From assembly GCA_028707125.1 (NCBI GenBank), contig JAQTUX010000001.1, positions 394,375-458,374 on the forward strand: a DNA stretch of 64,000 nucleotides. Reading direction: 5' to 3'. The notes beneath the pieces are model-generated. The model did not search any database. It saw only the letters and a program-made list of their open reading frames with translations, and was not told the origin of the DNA. The number at the start of each line of letters is the position of its first letter. Within the stretch, counting starts at the first letter, position 1. This stretch comes from Candidatus Omnitrophota bacterium (GTDB taxonomy: Bacteria > Omnitrophota > Gorgyraeia > Gygaellales > JAQTUX01). Both the position numbers and the translations under genes were made by a program. Below are positions 28,459 to 37,825 of the stretch, piece after piece.

Positions 28459-29487
28459 ATGTCTAAACTGATCATCAGTTTTACCCGCCAGTTATCCACC
28501 CTTGTCAAGGCAGGCATTCCGCTCCTGCGCGCCCTGCAGATAATCGCCCCCCAGGTCCAGGACAGGCGCTTCAGGAATGCGGTTGAGCAGGTCCTTATTG
28601 ACGTGGAAGAGGGCAAAAGCCTGTCAGAGGCGCTGTCGCTGCACCGCAGGTATTTCTCTAATTTCTACATAAATATGATAAAGGCCGCGGAGGTCAGCGG
28701 CAACTTGGCCGCGGTATTGAAAGAACTCTCCGATTATCTCGTGCAGAACAGGAAACTTTTAAACAGCGTGCGTTCCGCGATGATGTACCCGATCTTCGTT
28801 TTGTTTATGTCCGTAAGCATCCTGGCGATCATAATGGTTTTCGTCATACCTACCTTGACAAAGATCTTCGCGGATCTGGGCGGAGACCTGCCTCCGGCAA
28901 CCAAGCTTCTTATAGGGATGAGTAATTTTATTGTTGAATGGGGATACTTATTCCTTCTGGGGCTTGTTCTTTTCGGCTTTTTTATTTTCTTTATGTCCAG
29001 AAAACCCGCCCTAAGCAGGATTCTAAATGCCTGGAAGTGGAAATTCCCTGTATTAGGCGATATATTGAAGATGGTCACCATCGGAAGATTTTGCCGCACC
29101 CTCGGCACCCTGCTTTCATCAGGAGTAACTATTTTAAAGGGGCTGGAGGTGTTGAGGGAAACCACTATATCTCCTTTGGTGGAAGATGCCCTGGCTTATA
29201 TTTATGAAAAGGTGGAAGGGGGCACTAATCTTTCCGATGCCATGGAAGAAACGGGGGTTTTTCCCCTTACCGTAGTAAAGATGGTGGGTATCGGAGAGGA
29301 GAGCGGCAAGGTTTCCGGCTTGCTTCTGGAAATAGCCGAGGACTATGAAGACGAGGTCTCTACAGCGTTGACCGGTTTTATATCGCTTCTTGAACCTCTC
29401 TTGATAGTGGTGATGGGCGTGATCATCGGATTTATCGTGATATCTTTATTCTTCCCCATATTTACCATGGGAGAGCTGGTAAAATAG
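28459..29487 (+). CDS. gspF: Type II secretion / type IV pilus platform protein GspF/PilC family (short form, 342 aa)
   Basis: Two T2SSF repeats: 'FTRQLSTLVKAGIPLLRALQII' and 'FCRTLGTLLSSGVTILKGLEVL'; 3 TM. Confidence 0.65.
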   Translation: MSKLIISFTRQLSTLVKAGIPLLRALQIIAPQVQDRRFRNAVEQVLIDVEEGKSLSEALSLHRRYFSNFYINMIKAAEVSGNLAAVLKELSDYLVQNRKLLNSVRSAMMYPIFVLFMSVSILAIIMVFVIPTLTKIFADLGGDLPPATKLLIGMSNFIVEWGYLFLLGLVLFGFFIFFMSRKPALSRILNAWKWKFPVLGDILKMVTIGRFCRTLGTLLSSGVTILKGLEVLRETTISPLVEDALAYIYEKVEGGTNLSDAMEETGVFPLTVVKMVGIGEESGKVSGLLLEIAEDYEDEVSTALTGFISLLEPLLIVVMGVIIGFIVISLFFPIFTMGELVK

Positions 29488-29515
29488 CGCGCTCCCTCCT
29501 TCATAAGCACGGTTC

Positions 29516-31021
29516 TTGTCAGAGGATATGCAGAGAACTCCCCCCTCAAAGATAACGCTTCGGCAGAAAATAATGTTGGTGATGTTTGGGCTTGCTCTTT
29601 TTATTCTATTGCTTGAACTGAGCTTACGGCTTGGCAGTTGTATTTTGTCATCTTTTCAGGAATACAGAAACAGGGTTACTTTGAGGCAAAAAGGCGCATA
29701 CCGTATCATGTGTTTAGGAGAGTCAACCACTGTGTTGGGAGGCAGCAACGCCTATCCCTATCAACTCGAGAGAATATTGAACCGGCAGGCAACAGGCATA
29801 AGGTTCAGCGTGGTAAATAAGGGATTGGGAGGGGACAATACCGCGGATATACTAAGCGATCTGGAGGAAAAACTTGACAGATACAAGCCGGATATGATCA
29901 TCGCGATGATGGGCATAAACGATGGCGGGCAGCATATGCGCTATAAAGAAACGCCTGGATCAGGGAGATTATTCTTGAGGTATTTCAGGACGTATAAATT
30001 AGCCAGGATCGCCTGGATGCATATCATGGCCATGGTGAAGGGCGCGGCCGGGCCCAGGGCGTTTCTCAGCCCGAAAGAGTGTTATGCCGAAAGCCCCGGC
30101 TCTATGTCCGATTATAATAGATATGTGGAGGCGGGAAGATTATATATAAAAAAGGACGATTATGCCGGGGCGGAAGACATGTTTGAGAAGGCGCTTGAAC
30201 TGGATCCCGCGGATCCGGGTTTATATATGGAATTAGAGATATGTTATAATAAACAGGGCAAGTTTTCCGACGCGGAGAGGATGTTCACAAAGGCAATAGA
30301 AATCGACCCCGGAAATTACTCCATATATATAGGATTAGGCGTATTTTACAGGGATCAAGGTAATCTTGAAGAGGCCAAGAATATATTGAACAGGGCGATT
30401 GGATTAGAACCGGATTGCCCGGATGCTTATATTGAACTGGCCTGGTGCTATAAGGATAACACGGCGGATGAGCTGCTAAAGAAGGCAATCGAATTGGATA
30501 CCCTGAATTATGATACCTATATAAGTTCCGGTATGCTGTATAAGTACCATAATAACTATATCAAGGCCGAAAGCATGTTTAAGAAGGCGGTCGCGCTGGA
30601 CCCGGATAATGAACAGGGGCATATCTGGCTGGCTGTCTTATACAGCCAGACGGGGAAAGATGATCTGGCGGCAAGATATTACAAGGCAGCGCATCAATTG
30701 AGGGATGAGTATTATAATTCTATGACTTACCGCAATTACCAGGAGCTTAAGAGCATTGTAGACAGAAGGGGCATTAAGCTGGTATGCGTGCAGTATCCTA
30801 TGCGCAGCATAGAGCCGCTGAAAAGAATATTTGAATATCAGGACGGCATTATATTTGTAGACAATGAGAAGATATTTAAGGACGCGGTAGGCAGGGACGG
30901 CTATGGCGTTTATTTTGGGGATAGTTTTGCCGGTGACTTCGGCCACTGCACGCCCGAAGGCAACAGGCTTCTGGCCGAAAATATAGCATTCGTGCTGTTA
31001 AAAGAGTATTTTAATAAGTAA
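29516..31021 (+). CDS. SGNH-family enzyme with inserted TPR array (paralog of 20486..22048)
   Basis: 'YRIMCLGESTTVLGG', 'KGLGGDNTA', 'MMGINDGG', TPR repeats, 'AGDFGHCTPEGNRLLAENIA'. Confidence 0.6.
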   Translation: MSEDMQRTPPSKITLRQKIMLVMFGLALFILLLELSLRLGSCILSSFQEYRNRVTLRQKGAYRIMCLGESTTVLGGSNAYPYQLERILNRQATGIRFSVVNKGLGGDNTADILSDLEEKLDRYKPDMIIAMMGINDGGQHMRYKETPGSGRLFLRYFRTYKLARIAWMHIMAMVKGAAGPRAFLSPKECYAESPGSMSDYNRYVEAGRLYIKKDDYAGAEDMFEKALELDPADPGLYMELEICYNKQGKFSDAERMFTKAIEIDPGNYSIYIGLGVFYRDQGNLEEAKNILNRAIGLEPDCPDAYIELAWCYKDNTADELLKKAIELDTLNYDTYISSGMLYKYHNNYIKAESMFKKAVALDPDNEQGHIWLAVLYSQTGKDDLAARYYKAAHQLRDEYYNSMTYRNYQELKSIVDRRGIKLVCVQYPMRSIEPLKRIFEYQDGIIFVDNEKIFKDAVGRDGYGVYFGDSFAGDFGHCTPEGNRLLAENIAFVLLKEYFNK

Positions 31022-31067
31022 ATATTTTATTGTATACTTATTCAACGCGCCATTTCTATTATAAGGT

Positions 31068-31442
31068 TTGTTTATGATAAGCAGGCATAAGGCTATTTTC
31101 GGGTTTACCTTAATAGAGATAATAATCTCCCTGAGCATCCTTGCCCTGGGGCTTGTGTCTCTGTTTAATTTTTTCCCCGTAGGTTTAACCGCGTTAAGGT
31201 ACGCGCGTAGAGTTAACGATATCGCCCTGTTCGCGCAGAAGCAGCTTGAGCATATCAAGACATTCCCGGATACGACTGAATTATCGGGGGAGGCGGAGAA
31301 CTTTACCTGGCAGATGGCCAGGGCGCCGTTGGACCTGGAGGAGGGCATAAAGGTTACCGTCGTAGAGTTAAAGATAGATTATGAATTCGGAGGGAGCGCC
31401 CTTGAAGAAAGATTTGTCACTTATCTGGACGCGCAGGAATAA
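31068..31442 (+). CDS. Minor pseudopilin (GspI-like) with prepilin cleavage/methylation motif
   Basis: 'HKAIFG|FTLIEIIISLSILALG' (G/F cleavage site, E at +5), 124 aa. Confidence 0.65.
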   Translation: MFMISRHKAIFGFTLIEIIISLSILALGLVSLFNFFPVGLTALRYARRVNDIALFAQKQLEHIKTFPDTTELSGEAENFTWQMARAPLDLEEGIKVTVVELKIDYEFGGSALEERFVTYLDAQE

Positions 31443-31446
31443 GGGA

Positions 31447-34400
31447 ATGAATAACAAAGGGCAGGCGATATTTCTGGTGCTGGGCATACTGACTATCTTA
31501 TTTATAGTGGGCGTGACAATGTTTTATTTTACGCAGAGAGAGCGCGCCGCGGCAGTAAGGTTTGTTGAGAGCGTGCGTTCTCAATACGCGGCAGAGGCGG
31601 GGGTTGTGTATGCCAGGAATATCCTCAGGCAGGATAAGAAGCAGAACGCCGTTGACGGGTTCAACGATAAGCAGTTCACCTTTTTTAAGGGTGAGGATCA
31701 TGATGTAGATAAGGACGGGATAAACGAAAGCCGCTGGCTTACCTTGCGGGACGCGAATAACGGCGAATTCGCGAGGGTCGCCGTGTTGGTTTCCGACGAG
31801 GCGGGCAAGGTCAATATAAATACCGCGGGTACCGGGGTCGCGGCCGGAAACGGGGTCAATCTGTATGAGGTCAACCTGAGCGGTTTACTTTCGGCTATAG
31901 GGCTGCCCGCGCAGCTGGCGGGGGAGATAATCTCCTACCGGCTGGGCCCAAACGGCCTTCCCGGAGACGCGGGCGTAGATGACAATGGCAATAATTATCT
32001 GTTTGAAAATAACGGCTGGGACGACGACAGCGACGGGGTTGTTGATGAAAAAGGCGAAGGCGTGGATGAAATGCAGGAGTGCGATCCCTTTTACGTATAT
32101 GGGGACGACAGGGTCTGGGGCATACCTGAGGGGGTTTCCCGCATCGAGCTCGATCCTTTGGCATTGGATTTAGATAAGGCATTGCGCTACGTCACATCTT
32201 ACTCCAGGGATTATGAGGTCGGCTTGAACGGTTCGCGCCGCCTTTCCTTAAGAGGCGCGAGGGCGCAGGATGTGCTTGAGGCGTTCTTAAGCGCGGGGGT
32301 CACTAATGCCTATAAAAGCGCGGCCGATTTTGTGGACGCGTTCGATCCCGACCTTTCCCAGGCCTATATTGATAAATATTATTTTAAGATACAGCCTTCG
32401 GGCCTGGTCAATCCGGGCGGATGGGTAAGCGCGGGGGGTTCTTACATGGCCCAGGCCGGTTCGGCGGAAGGGGTGTTCCGCTGGCAGAACCTGCCTTTGG
32501 CAGACGGTGAATATTACTGCTCTTTGTACGGCAACCCCTCCTCTGTGTATATCGGCGATGTGGTTTATCCCGACGGTAAGGTTGACGCTGACCTGCGCCA
32601 TATGGCGGTATTGATAAAGAAGGTAACGGTATCCGGAGGCTCTTTTGAGTTAACAATAAGGCCCCATAAGGAAAAGATCTCTTATCTTTCCACCGCTGAG
32701 CTTTCTCTCACGCAGTCAAAACAGGGGCTCAGCCGCGCCAAGATCGCTGGCCGCGAGGCGATAGTCATTAATGAGATCATGCCCAATCTTTCCGTTGAGG
32801 CGTCTGTTTCCGCGAATGACGCTCCGGGAGGCGATTGGATATTTGAGGGAGATTATTTCAAGAATGCCGTACACGAGGGCGGCAAAGCAGGGGAAGGCAA
32901 ATGGGTATTTGAAGAGATAAGGCAGGGTTATTATTATCTGCGGCTTTTGGGCCTGGCGAGTTCGCTTGTGGGAGACGTTTCTTGCGGCGGGGAAAATGCC
33001 TCCGGCGTTATTTCCGGCGACTATCTTCCTGAGCCCGTCTATGTGGGAGGAGACGGAGAATTAAACGTATATATACAGAATAATTCTACGAATCAGACCG
33101 CCTATTTCAAGGGCATCATGCTTACTCAACAGCCGGACGCCGAATACATAGAGCTGCTTAATCTATCCGGCAAGGAGATCGATCTGAGTAATTTTGTGGT
33201 CGAGGTGTATGATAACAAGGGGCAGCTTGCCGTGGGGTATCCCGCGGAGATACCTTCTAATACCGCCATCGGCTCTTACGAATATCTGGTCCTGGCTGTT
33301 GACGCCAAAGATACAAGCCCGGAAGGCCTGAAGAATAACGGCCTGAGCTTTAAGTCCGTCTGGGGCTCCGAGGCGGCAGGCCTTGAGTTTGATAAGACGG
33401 TCAATGCCGGCTACGACCTTATTCCCGACGGGGGCGGCAGCATAATGCTTAAGACGCCGGAGGGATCGGCGGTTGATTCGGTTGAATATGTTTCCGCGGG
33501 CAACTTTGTAGCCCTTGAGCGTTCAGACCCTACCGCCGACTACGACAGCGACGCGGACGGAAAATTTGACGGCTGGTTTAACTGCCTGGATAAAAAAGGC
33601 GGCACACCGGGCGCGGAGAACGACAACAGCGATATGTATGATACCGACCCGTCTACGGGAAAGCCGTACAAACACAGCATAGACGAAGTGGGCGTATTCA
33701 ATCGTTACATCTATAATATAGCCGATTTTGTTAATCTGTCTTCCGGCTCCAGATGGCAGAAAAGGGCGGTTTATGATCTGGCAAAAATAGCGGATAAGTT
33801 TTCCGTGAATTCTTTGGATCTGGCGCTTGCGGGCAATTTTGTTGAAGGCGATTGGCGGCTTAAGTCGGGTATGTTTATTCCCAATCAAACAGGTTCAAGA
33901 GGGCTCTGGCGATGGGATAAGGTCCCCGCGGGGACATTTGATCTGAGGGTGATGGGCGAAGAACAGGGCCACCCTAATTTTATAAAGGTGGGCATCAAGA
34001 TCGGCGAGGAAGGCGAATTCATATCTTCCTCTTCGTTATTGATAGAGAACGGCCAGGCATATTACGGCAAGATCGCGGTGCCCGCGGCTACTTCTCTGGA
34101 GATGGAGATAACGGACAACTCATCGGAGTTGATAGGGTTTAATTACCTTATTATCGAGCCCCTGTATGAGGTCGGCGGCAGGATAAATATAAATACAGCG
34201 CCGGTTGAGGTCCTGGGGGCGCTGTCCCTGTCTTCTTCAGCGATAGACAATATTTTGATCAACAGGCCGTTCGGGGAAGAAGACGCGAGGAAATTAGGTA
34301 CGGGCGAATTGCTTATATCCGATACTTTAGGTGTAAGCGATGAAGAAAAATTAGAGAGTTTTAGACTGATAAGTAATTTGATAACCGTAAAATCGGATAT

Positions 34401-34491
34401 GTATAAGATAGTAAGCGCGGGTGAGGGCATTAAGGAAGGTAAGGCAAGCGGCATAAGCCAGGTAGTAACCGCGGTGGTGCAGAGGCAGTAA
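31447..34491 (+). CDS. Giant GspK-like pseudopilin-associated protein (~1014 aa) with lamin-tail-like domain and acidic Asp-rich repeats
   Basis: N-terminal TM 'NNKGQAIFLVLGILTILFIV'; GspK signature 'VSDEAGKVNINTA' and C-terminal 'GGRININTAPVEVLGAL'; LTD-like 'AEYIELLNLSGKEIDLSNFVV'; 'DDNGNNYLFENNGWDDDSDGVVDEKGEGVDE'. ORF track start 31381 overlaps upstream gene. Confidence 0.5.
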   Translation: MNNKGQAIFLVLGILTILFIVGVTMFYFTQRERAAAVRFVESVRSQYAAEAGVVYARNILRQDKKQNAVDGFNDKQFTFFKGEDHDVDKDGINESRWLTLRDANNGEFARVAVLVSDEAGKVNINTAGTGVAAGNGVNLYEVNLSGLLSAIGLPAQLAGEIISYRLGPNGLPGDAGVDDNGNNYLFENNGWDDDSDGVVDEKGEGVDEMQECDPFYVYGDDRVWGIPEGVSRIELDPLALDLDKALRYVTSYSRDYEVGLNGSRRLSLRGARAQDVLEAFLSAGVTNAYKSAADFVDAFDPDLSQAYIDKYYFKIQPSGLVNPGGWVSAGGSYMAQAGSAEGVFRWQNLPLADGEYYCSLYGNPSSVYIGDVVYPDGKVDADLRHMAVLIKKVTVSGGSFELTIRPHKEKISYLSTAELSLTQSKQGLSRAKIAGREAIVINEIMPNLSVEASVSANDAPGGDWIFEGDYFKNAVHEGGKAGEGKWVFEEIRQGYYYLRLLGLASSLVGDVSCGGENASGVISGDYLPEPVYVGGDGELNVYIQNNSTNQTAYFKGIMLTQQPDAEYIELLNLSGKEIDLSNFVVEVYDNKGQLAVGYPAEIPSNTAIGSYEYLVLAVDAKDTSPEGLKNNGLSFKSVWGSEAAGLEFDKTVNAGYDLIPDGGGSIMLKTPEGSAVDSVEYVSAGNFVALERSDPTADYDSDADGKFDGWFNCLDKKGGTPGAENDNSDMYDTDPSTGKPYKHSIDEVGVFNRYIYNIADFVNLSSGSRWQKRAVYDLAKIADKFSVNSLDLALAGNFVEGDWRLKSGMFIPNQTGSRGLWRWDKVPAGTFDLRVMGEEQGHPNFIKVGIKIGEEGEFISSSSLLIENGQAYYGKIAVPAATSLEMEITDNSSELIGFNYLIIEPLYEVGGRININTAPVEVLGALSLSSSAIDNILINRPFGEEDARKLGTGELLISDTLGVSDEEKLESFRLISNLITVKSDMYKIVSAGEGIKEGKASGISQVVTAVVQRQ

Positions 34492-34509
34492 CATAAGACA
34501 ACAAAAAAC

Positions 34510-34538
34510 TTGACAGATACATATTAACAGGGTATACT
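34510..34538 (+). promoter_or_regulatory. Sigma70-like promoter (TTGACA-17-TATACT)
   Basis: TTGACA 34510-34515, 17-nt spacer, TATACT 34533-34538. Confidence 0.4.
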
Positions 34539-34570
34539 TTATTAGACAGAGCAGTTAAACAGGCAAAGAA

Positions 34571-34599
34571 GCCCCAAAGCGATTTGGGGTTTTTTGTTT
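34571..34599 (+). terminator. Rho-independent terminator-like hairpin (CCCCAAA-gcgat-TTTGGGG + T-run)
   Basis: 7-bp perfect stem 34572-34578/34583-34589 followed by TTTTTTGTTT. Confidence 0.5.
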
Positions 34600-34658
34600 A
34601 TTGAGGCGAGGGCGCCCTTTTTAAGCGATGTTACGCTTAGAAAGGGTGTTTTATTTTT

Positions 34659-35171
34659 ATGAACTTCAAGGAACTATACGAAAGAATATCGCCTAAGCTA
34701 AGGCGGCTGGCAAGGGCTCGCAGCGCGCACCGCGCGTTGTTGGGAGAGGATGACCTTTATCAGGAGGCCTGCCTTCATCTCTGGAATAATTTCAGGGAAG
34801 GCATGCCCGAAGGCGTAAACGAGTCCTATATAGTTAAAAGCTGTGAATTCCATATCCTGAACTATCTTAGGAAGAAGAGGGGGCGTTTTAAGGTCCTGAA
34901 TCTGGATGAGCCGATCAACGAAGGAGGCGACACATTAGGCGATTTGCTTCCCGACAATAAGGCGCGGGGCGAAGAGCACATAGACAGGGCTATAACTATT
35001 GACGACATAAGGAACAACGGCTTTAGCGACAGGGAAAAACAGGTCTTCTCGCTTTTGATCAAGGGCTGCACAGTCAGGGAGGCAGGCAGGGCGCTGGGCA
35101 TATCGCACGTGATGGTGGTAAGGGCCAGGAAGAGCATAATAAGCAAATGGCGGAGAGAAGAAAATAAATGA
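34659..35171 (+). CDS. Small sigma-70 family (ECF-like) RNA polymerase sigma factor
   Basis: Region 2-like 'DDLYQEACLHLWNNF'; region 4 HTH 'REKQVFSLLIKGCTVREAGRALGISHVMVVRARKSII'. Confidence 0.6.
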   Translation: MNFKELYERISPKLRRLARARSAHRALLGEDDLYQEACLHLWNNFREGMPEGVNESYIVKSCEFHILNYLRKKRGRFKVLNLDEPINEGGDTLGDLLPDNKARGEEHIDRAITIDDIRNNGFSDREKQVFSLLIKGCTVREAGRALGISHVMVVRARKSIISKWRREENK

Positions 35172-35312
35172 GTTACCAGGCAGCCCGGTTCCTTACTTAT
35201 ACAGATAGAAGCAGGCAATAGATTATCAAGGTAGATACGTTTTTGGGCAGTGACGTCCAGTTTGATGCTGAGTAAGGCATAAGAGCTGGGCGTTTTTGTT
35301 TAAGGAGGGAAT

Positions 35313-36104
35313 ATGGGAAGAATGACTGTGGTGTTGCTGGTAGTTTTTACCGCCGCGCTTGCCTGGTTCTCGTCGGCTTCATTCGCGTTCAACGCGGGAA
35401 GCCAGGAGGTGGCGGTTACGCTTTCGGAGAGCTACGTGTCCAGCTATATCTGGCGGGGCCAGGATCTTTACGCCGACAACGACGCGGCGCATCAGCCGAG
35501 CATTGATATCGCCCTTCCAGGCCTTTTCCACGGCACGGATGTCTCCGTTAATATCTGGGGCTCTTTTCCTTTGAGCGGGGGCCATGAGGACGCGGAAGAG
35601 ATGGACTATACCATAACCTTTTCAAGGGATATCGGAAAATTGCTTAATCTATCTTCAGGGTATACATATTTCGATTACCCGAATACCGCTAAGACCGCCG
35701 ATGTGCAGGAGCCATGGCTGTCCGCGACGCTGAATAAGCTGCCGTTACTTCCGCTTGATGTCTGGCTGTCAGTATTTGCCGGTTATGATTTTCAGGTTGC
35801 CTCAGGCGGGCCGGATGAGGGATGGTATTATTCCTGGGGTTTTGGCACGGCCCTTCCGCTGCCGCGGTTATCCTTCTTCCAGGAAGAGCAGACGCTGGAG
35901 CTGGGGCTGGTTAATTGGGGCAATGACGGCGTGGCGGATTTAAAGTCGGATTCACTTTACGCGACGGAGTTATCGGCGGCAACTTCCTATGCTTTCAAGG
36001 GGTTCAGCGTGACCCCCAACGTTCATTACACATTGAGCCATGAGGACAGCATCAACAGGGATGACGAGCTCTGGGGCGGCGTTCAGATTAGTTATGCGTT
36101 TTAG
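35313..36104 (+). CDS. Predicted outer-membrane beta-barrel (porin-like) protein
   Basis: Signal peptide 'MGRMTVVLLVVFTAALAWFSSASFA', alternating amphipathic strands, C-terminal 'QISYAF'. Confidence 0.4.
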   Translation: MGRMTVVLLVVFTAALAWFSSASFAFNAGSQEVAVTLSESYVSSYIWRGQDLYADNDAAHQPSIDIALPGLFHGTDVSVNIWGSFPLSGGHEDAEEMDYTITFSRDIGKLLNLSSGYTYFDYPNTAKTADVQEPWLSATLNKLPLLPLDVWLSVFAGYDFQVASGGPDEGWYYSWGFGTALPLPRLSFFQEEQTLELGLVNWGNDGVADLKSDSLYATELSAATSYAFKGFSVTPNVHYTLSHEDSINRDDELWGGVQISYAF

Positions 36105-36124
36105 CCAATAAAAGGGAGGTAGGT

Positions 36125-37366
36125 ATGTCTGCCGTAGGTCTTGATACGCTGTGGGTTTTAATTACCGCGTTCCTCGTGTTCTTTATGCAGGCGGGATTCG
36201 GCATGGTTGAGGCGGGGTTTATCCGAGCCAAGAACACCTGTAATATCCTCACCAAGAATTTCCTGGATTTCTGTATGGCATCGCTGGGCTTCTTTATTTT
36301 CGGGTACGCGATCATGTTCGGCGCCGGAAACGGCTTTATGGGTTTAAGCGGCTGGTTTCTTTCCGGAGCGCAGTCGGGCGCCCCCATACCTCTTTACGCG
36401 TTCTGGCTGTTTCAGGCCGCGTTCTGCGGGGCGGCGGCAACCATAGTCGCCGGAGGCATGGCGGAGAGGATGAAGTTTCCCGCCTATCTCATATACTCCT
36501 TTCTTATCTCCGCGTTTATTTATCCCATAGTCGGCCATTGGATCTGGGGAGGCGGCTGGCTTTCAAAATTAGGTTTCAGCGATTTCGCCGGCTCAACCGT
36601 AGTGCACGCGGTAGGCGGGTTTGCCGCGCTCATAGGAACGCTTATGCTGGGCCCGAGAATAGGAAAATATAACCCGGACGGCACGGCAAACGCGATTGCC
36701 GGCCATTCCATACCGCTTGCGTCGCTGGGCGTTTTTATCCTCTGGTTTGGCTGGTTCGGATTTAATCCCGGCTCAACCTTAAGCGTGGGGGACGGCAGCC
36801 TGATAGCCAGAGTGGCGATTAATACTAATTTAGCCGCTGCGACAGGAGGCATCTGCGCTATGTTCACGGTCTGGCGGATGTTCGGGAAGCCCGACCTTTC
36901 CATGGCCATGAACGGAGCCCTGGCAGGCCTTGTGGCCATCACCGCGCCTTGCGCGTTCGTTGAGCCCTGGGCCGCCATCGCGATAGGGGCTGTGGCGGGA
37001 GTTATTGTAGTTCTGGGTGTAGTGCTGCTGGATAAGGCCAGGATAGACGACCCTGTAGGCGCGGTCCCGGTCCATGCCCTTAACGGCATCTGGGGAACGT
37101 TGTCCATCGGCATCTTCGGACAGAAGGCGCTGGGCCTTGCCAACAACGGCCTGCTTTACGGCGGCGGCTTGAGGCAGTTAGGTATTCAGGCCTTAGGCGC
37201 GGCTTCAGCCGTTGCGTTTGTGCTTTTGACCATGGGGTGCGTATTTAAACTTATAGATATGTTTGTGGGCCTGCGGGTTACACGCGAAGAGGAACTGAAG
37301 GGGCTGGACATAGGAGAGCACGGTATGGAGTCATATTCCGGATTCCAGATATTTACCACGCAATAA
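36125..37366 (+). CDS. amtB: Ammonium transporter
   Basis: 'FLVFFMQAGFGMVEAGFIRAKN', 11 TM, Amt family signature regions. Confidence 0.85.
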   Translation: MSAVGLDTLWVLITAFLVFFMQAGFGMVEAGFIRAKNTCNILTKNFLDFCMASLGFFIFGYAIMFGAGNGFMGLSGWFLSGAQSGAPIPLYAFWLFQAAFCGAAATIVAGGMAERMKFPAYLIYSFLISAFIYPIVGHWIWGGGWLSKLGFSDFAGSTVVHAVGGFAALIGTLMLGPRIGKYNPDGTANAIAGHSIPLASLGVFILWFGWFGFNPGSTLSVGDGSLIARVAINTNLAAATGGICAMFTVWRMFGKPDLSMAMNGALAGLVAITAPCAFVEPWAAIAIGAVAGVIVVLGVVLLDKARIDDPVGAVPVHALNGIWGTLSIGIFGQKALGLANNGLLYGGGLRQLGIQALGAASAVAFVLLTMGCVFKLIDMFVGLRVTREEELKGLDIGEHGMESYSGFQIFTTQ

Positions 37367-37380
37367 TGGGGAGGTAAAAG

Positions 37381-37722
37381 ATGAAACTTGTGATCGCGAT
37401 GATACAGCCGCATAAATTACCCGACGTAAAGAAGGCCTTATTTGATGCCGATGTCCATAAGATGACCGTTACCAACGCCCTGGGCTGCGGCCAGCAGAAG
37501 GGCTATACCGAGACATACAGAGGCGTTATACACGAGGTAAACCTGCTTAAGAAGGTGCGGCTTGAGATAGCCGTAAATGAAGATTTTGTTGAGCCGACCG
37601 TTGACGCTATTATTAAAGGCGCGAGAAACGGCAAGATCGGCGATGGAAAGATATTTATACTGGACCTGCGGGAGTGCGTAAGGATAAGGACCGGGGAGCG
37701 CGGCCCAAAGGCCGTAGGTTAA
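37381..37722 (+). CDS. glnK: Nitrogen regulatory protein P-II
   Basis: '[20 protein letters not shown]...GYTETYRG...[10 protein letters not shown]'; directly downstream of amtB. Confidence 0.85.
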   Translation: MKLVIAMIQPHKLPDVKKALFDADVHKMTVTNALGCGQQKGYTETYRGVIHEVNLLKKVRLEIAVNEDFVEPTVDAIIKGARNGKIGDGKIFILDLRECVRIRTGERGPKAVG

Positions 37723-37825
37723 TTTATCTGAAAATATGGTTACCAAAACATAAGCATTCTTACTTATATATATGAAGGCTAAAATTTAGGCACATTGTAG
37801 TGTAGAATTAAGCAGTATAGCGGTA

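Noticed and set aside
35172-35312. ECF-type promoter (GGAAC...CGTC) near the GTGACGTC motif upstream of the OMP gene
   Set aside because: The -35-like element is only present on the opposite strand (GGTTCC) and the spacing is wrong; not supportable.
36520-37146. 208-aa minus-strand ORF
   Set aside because: Antisense to amtB, which has an unmistakable Amt signature. Translation is Ala/Pro/Thr-rich without motifs.
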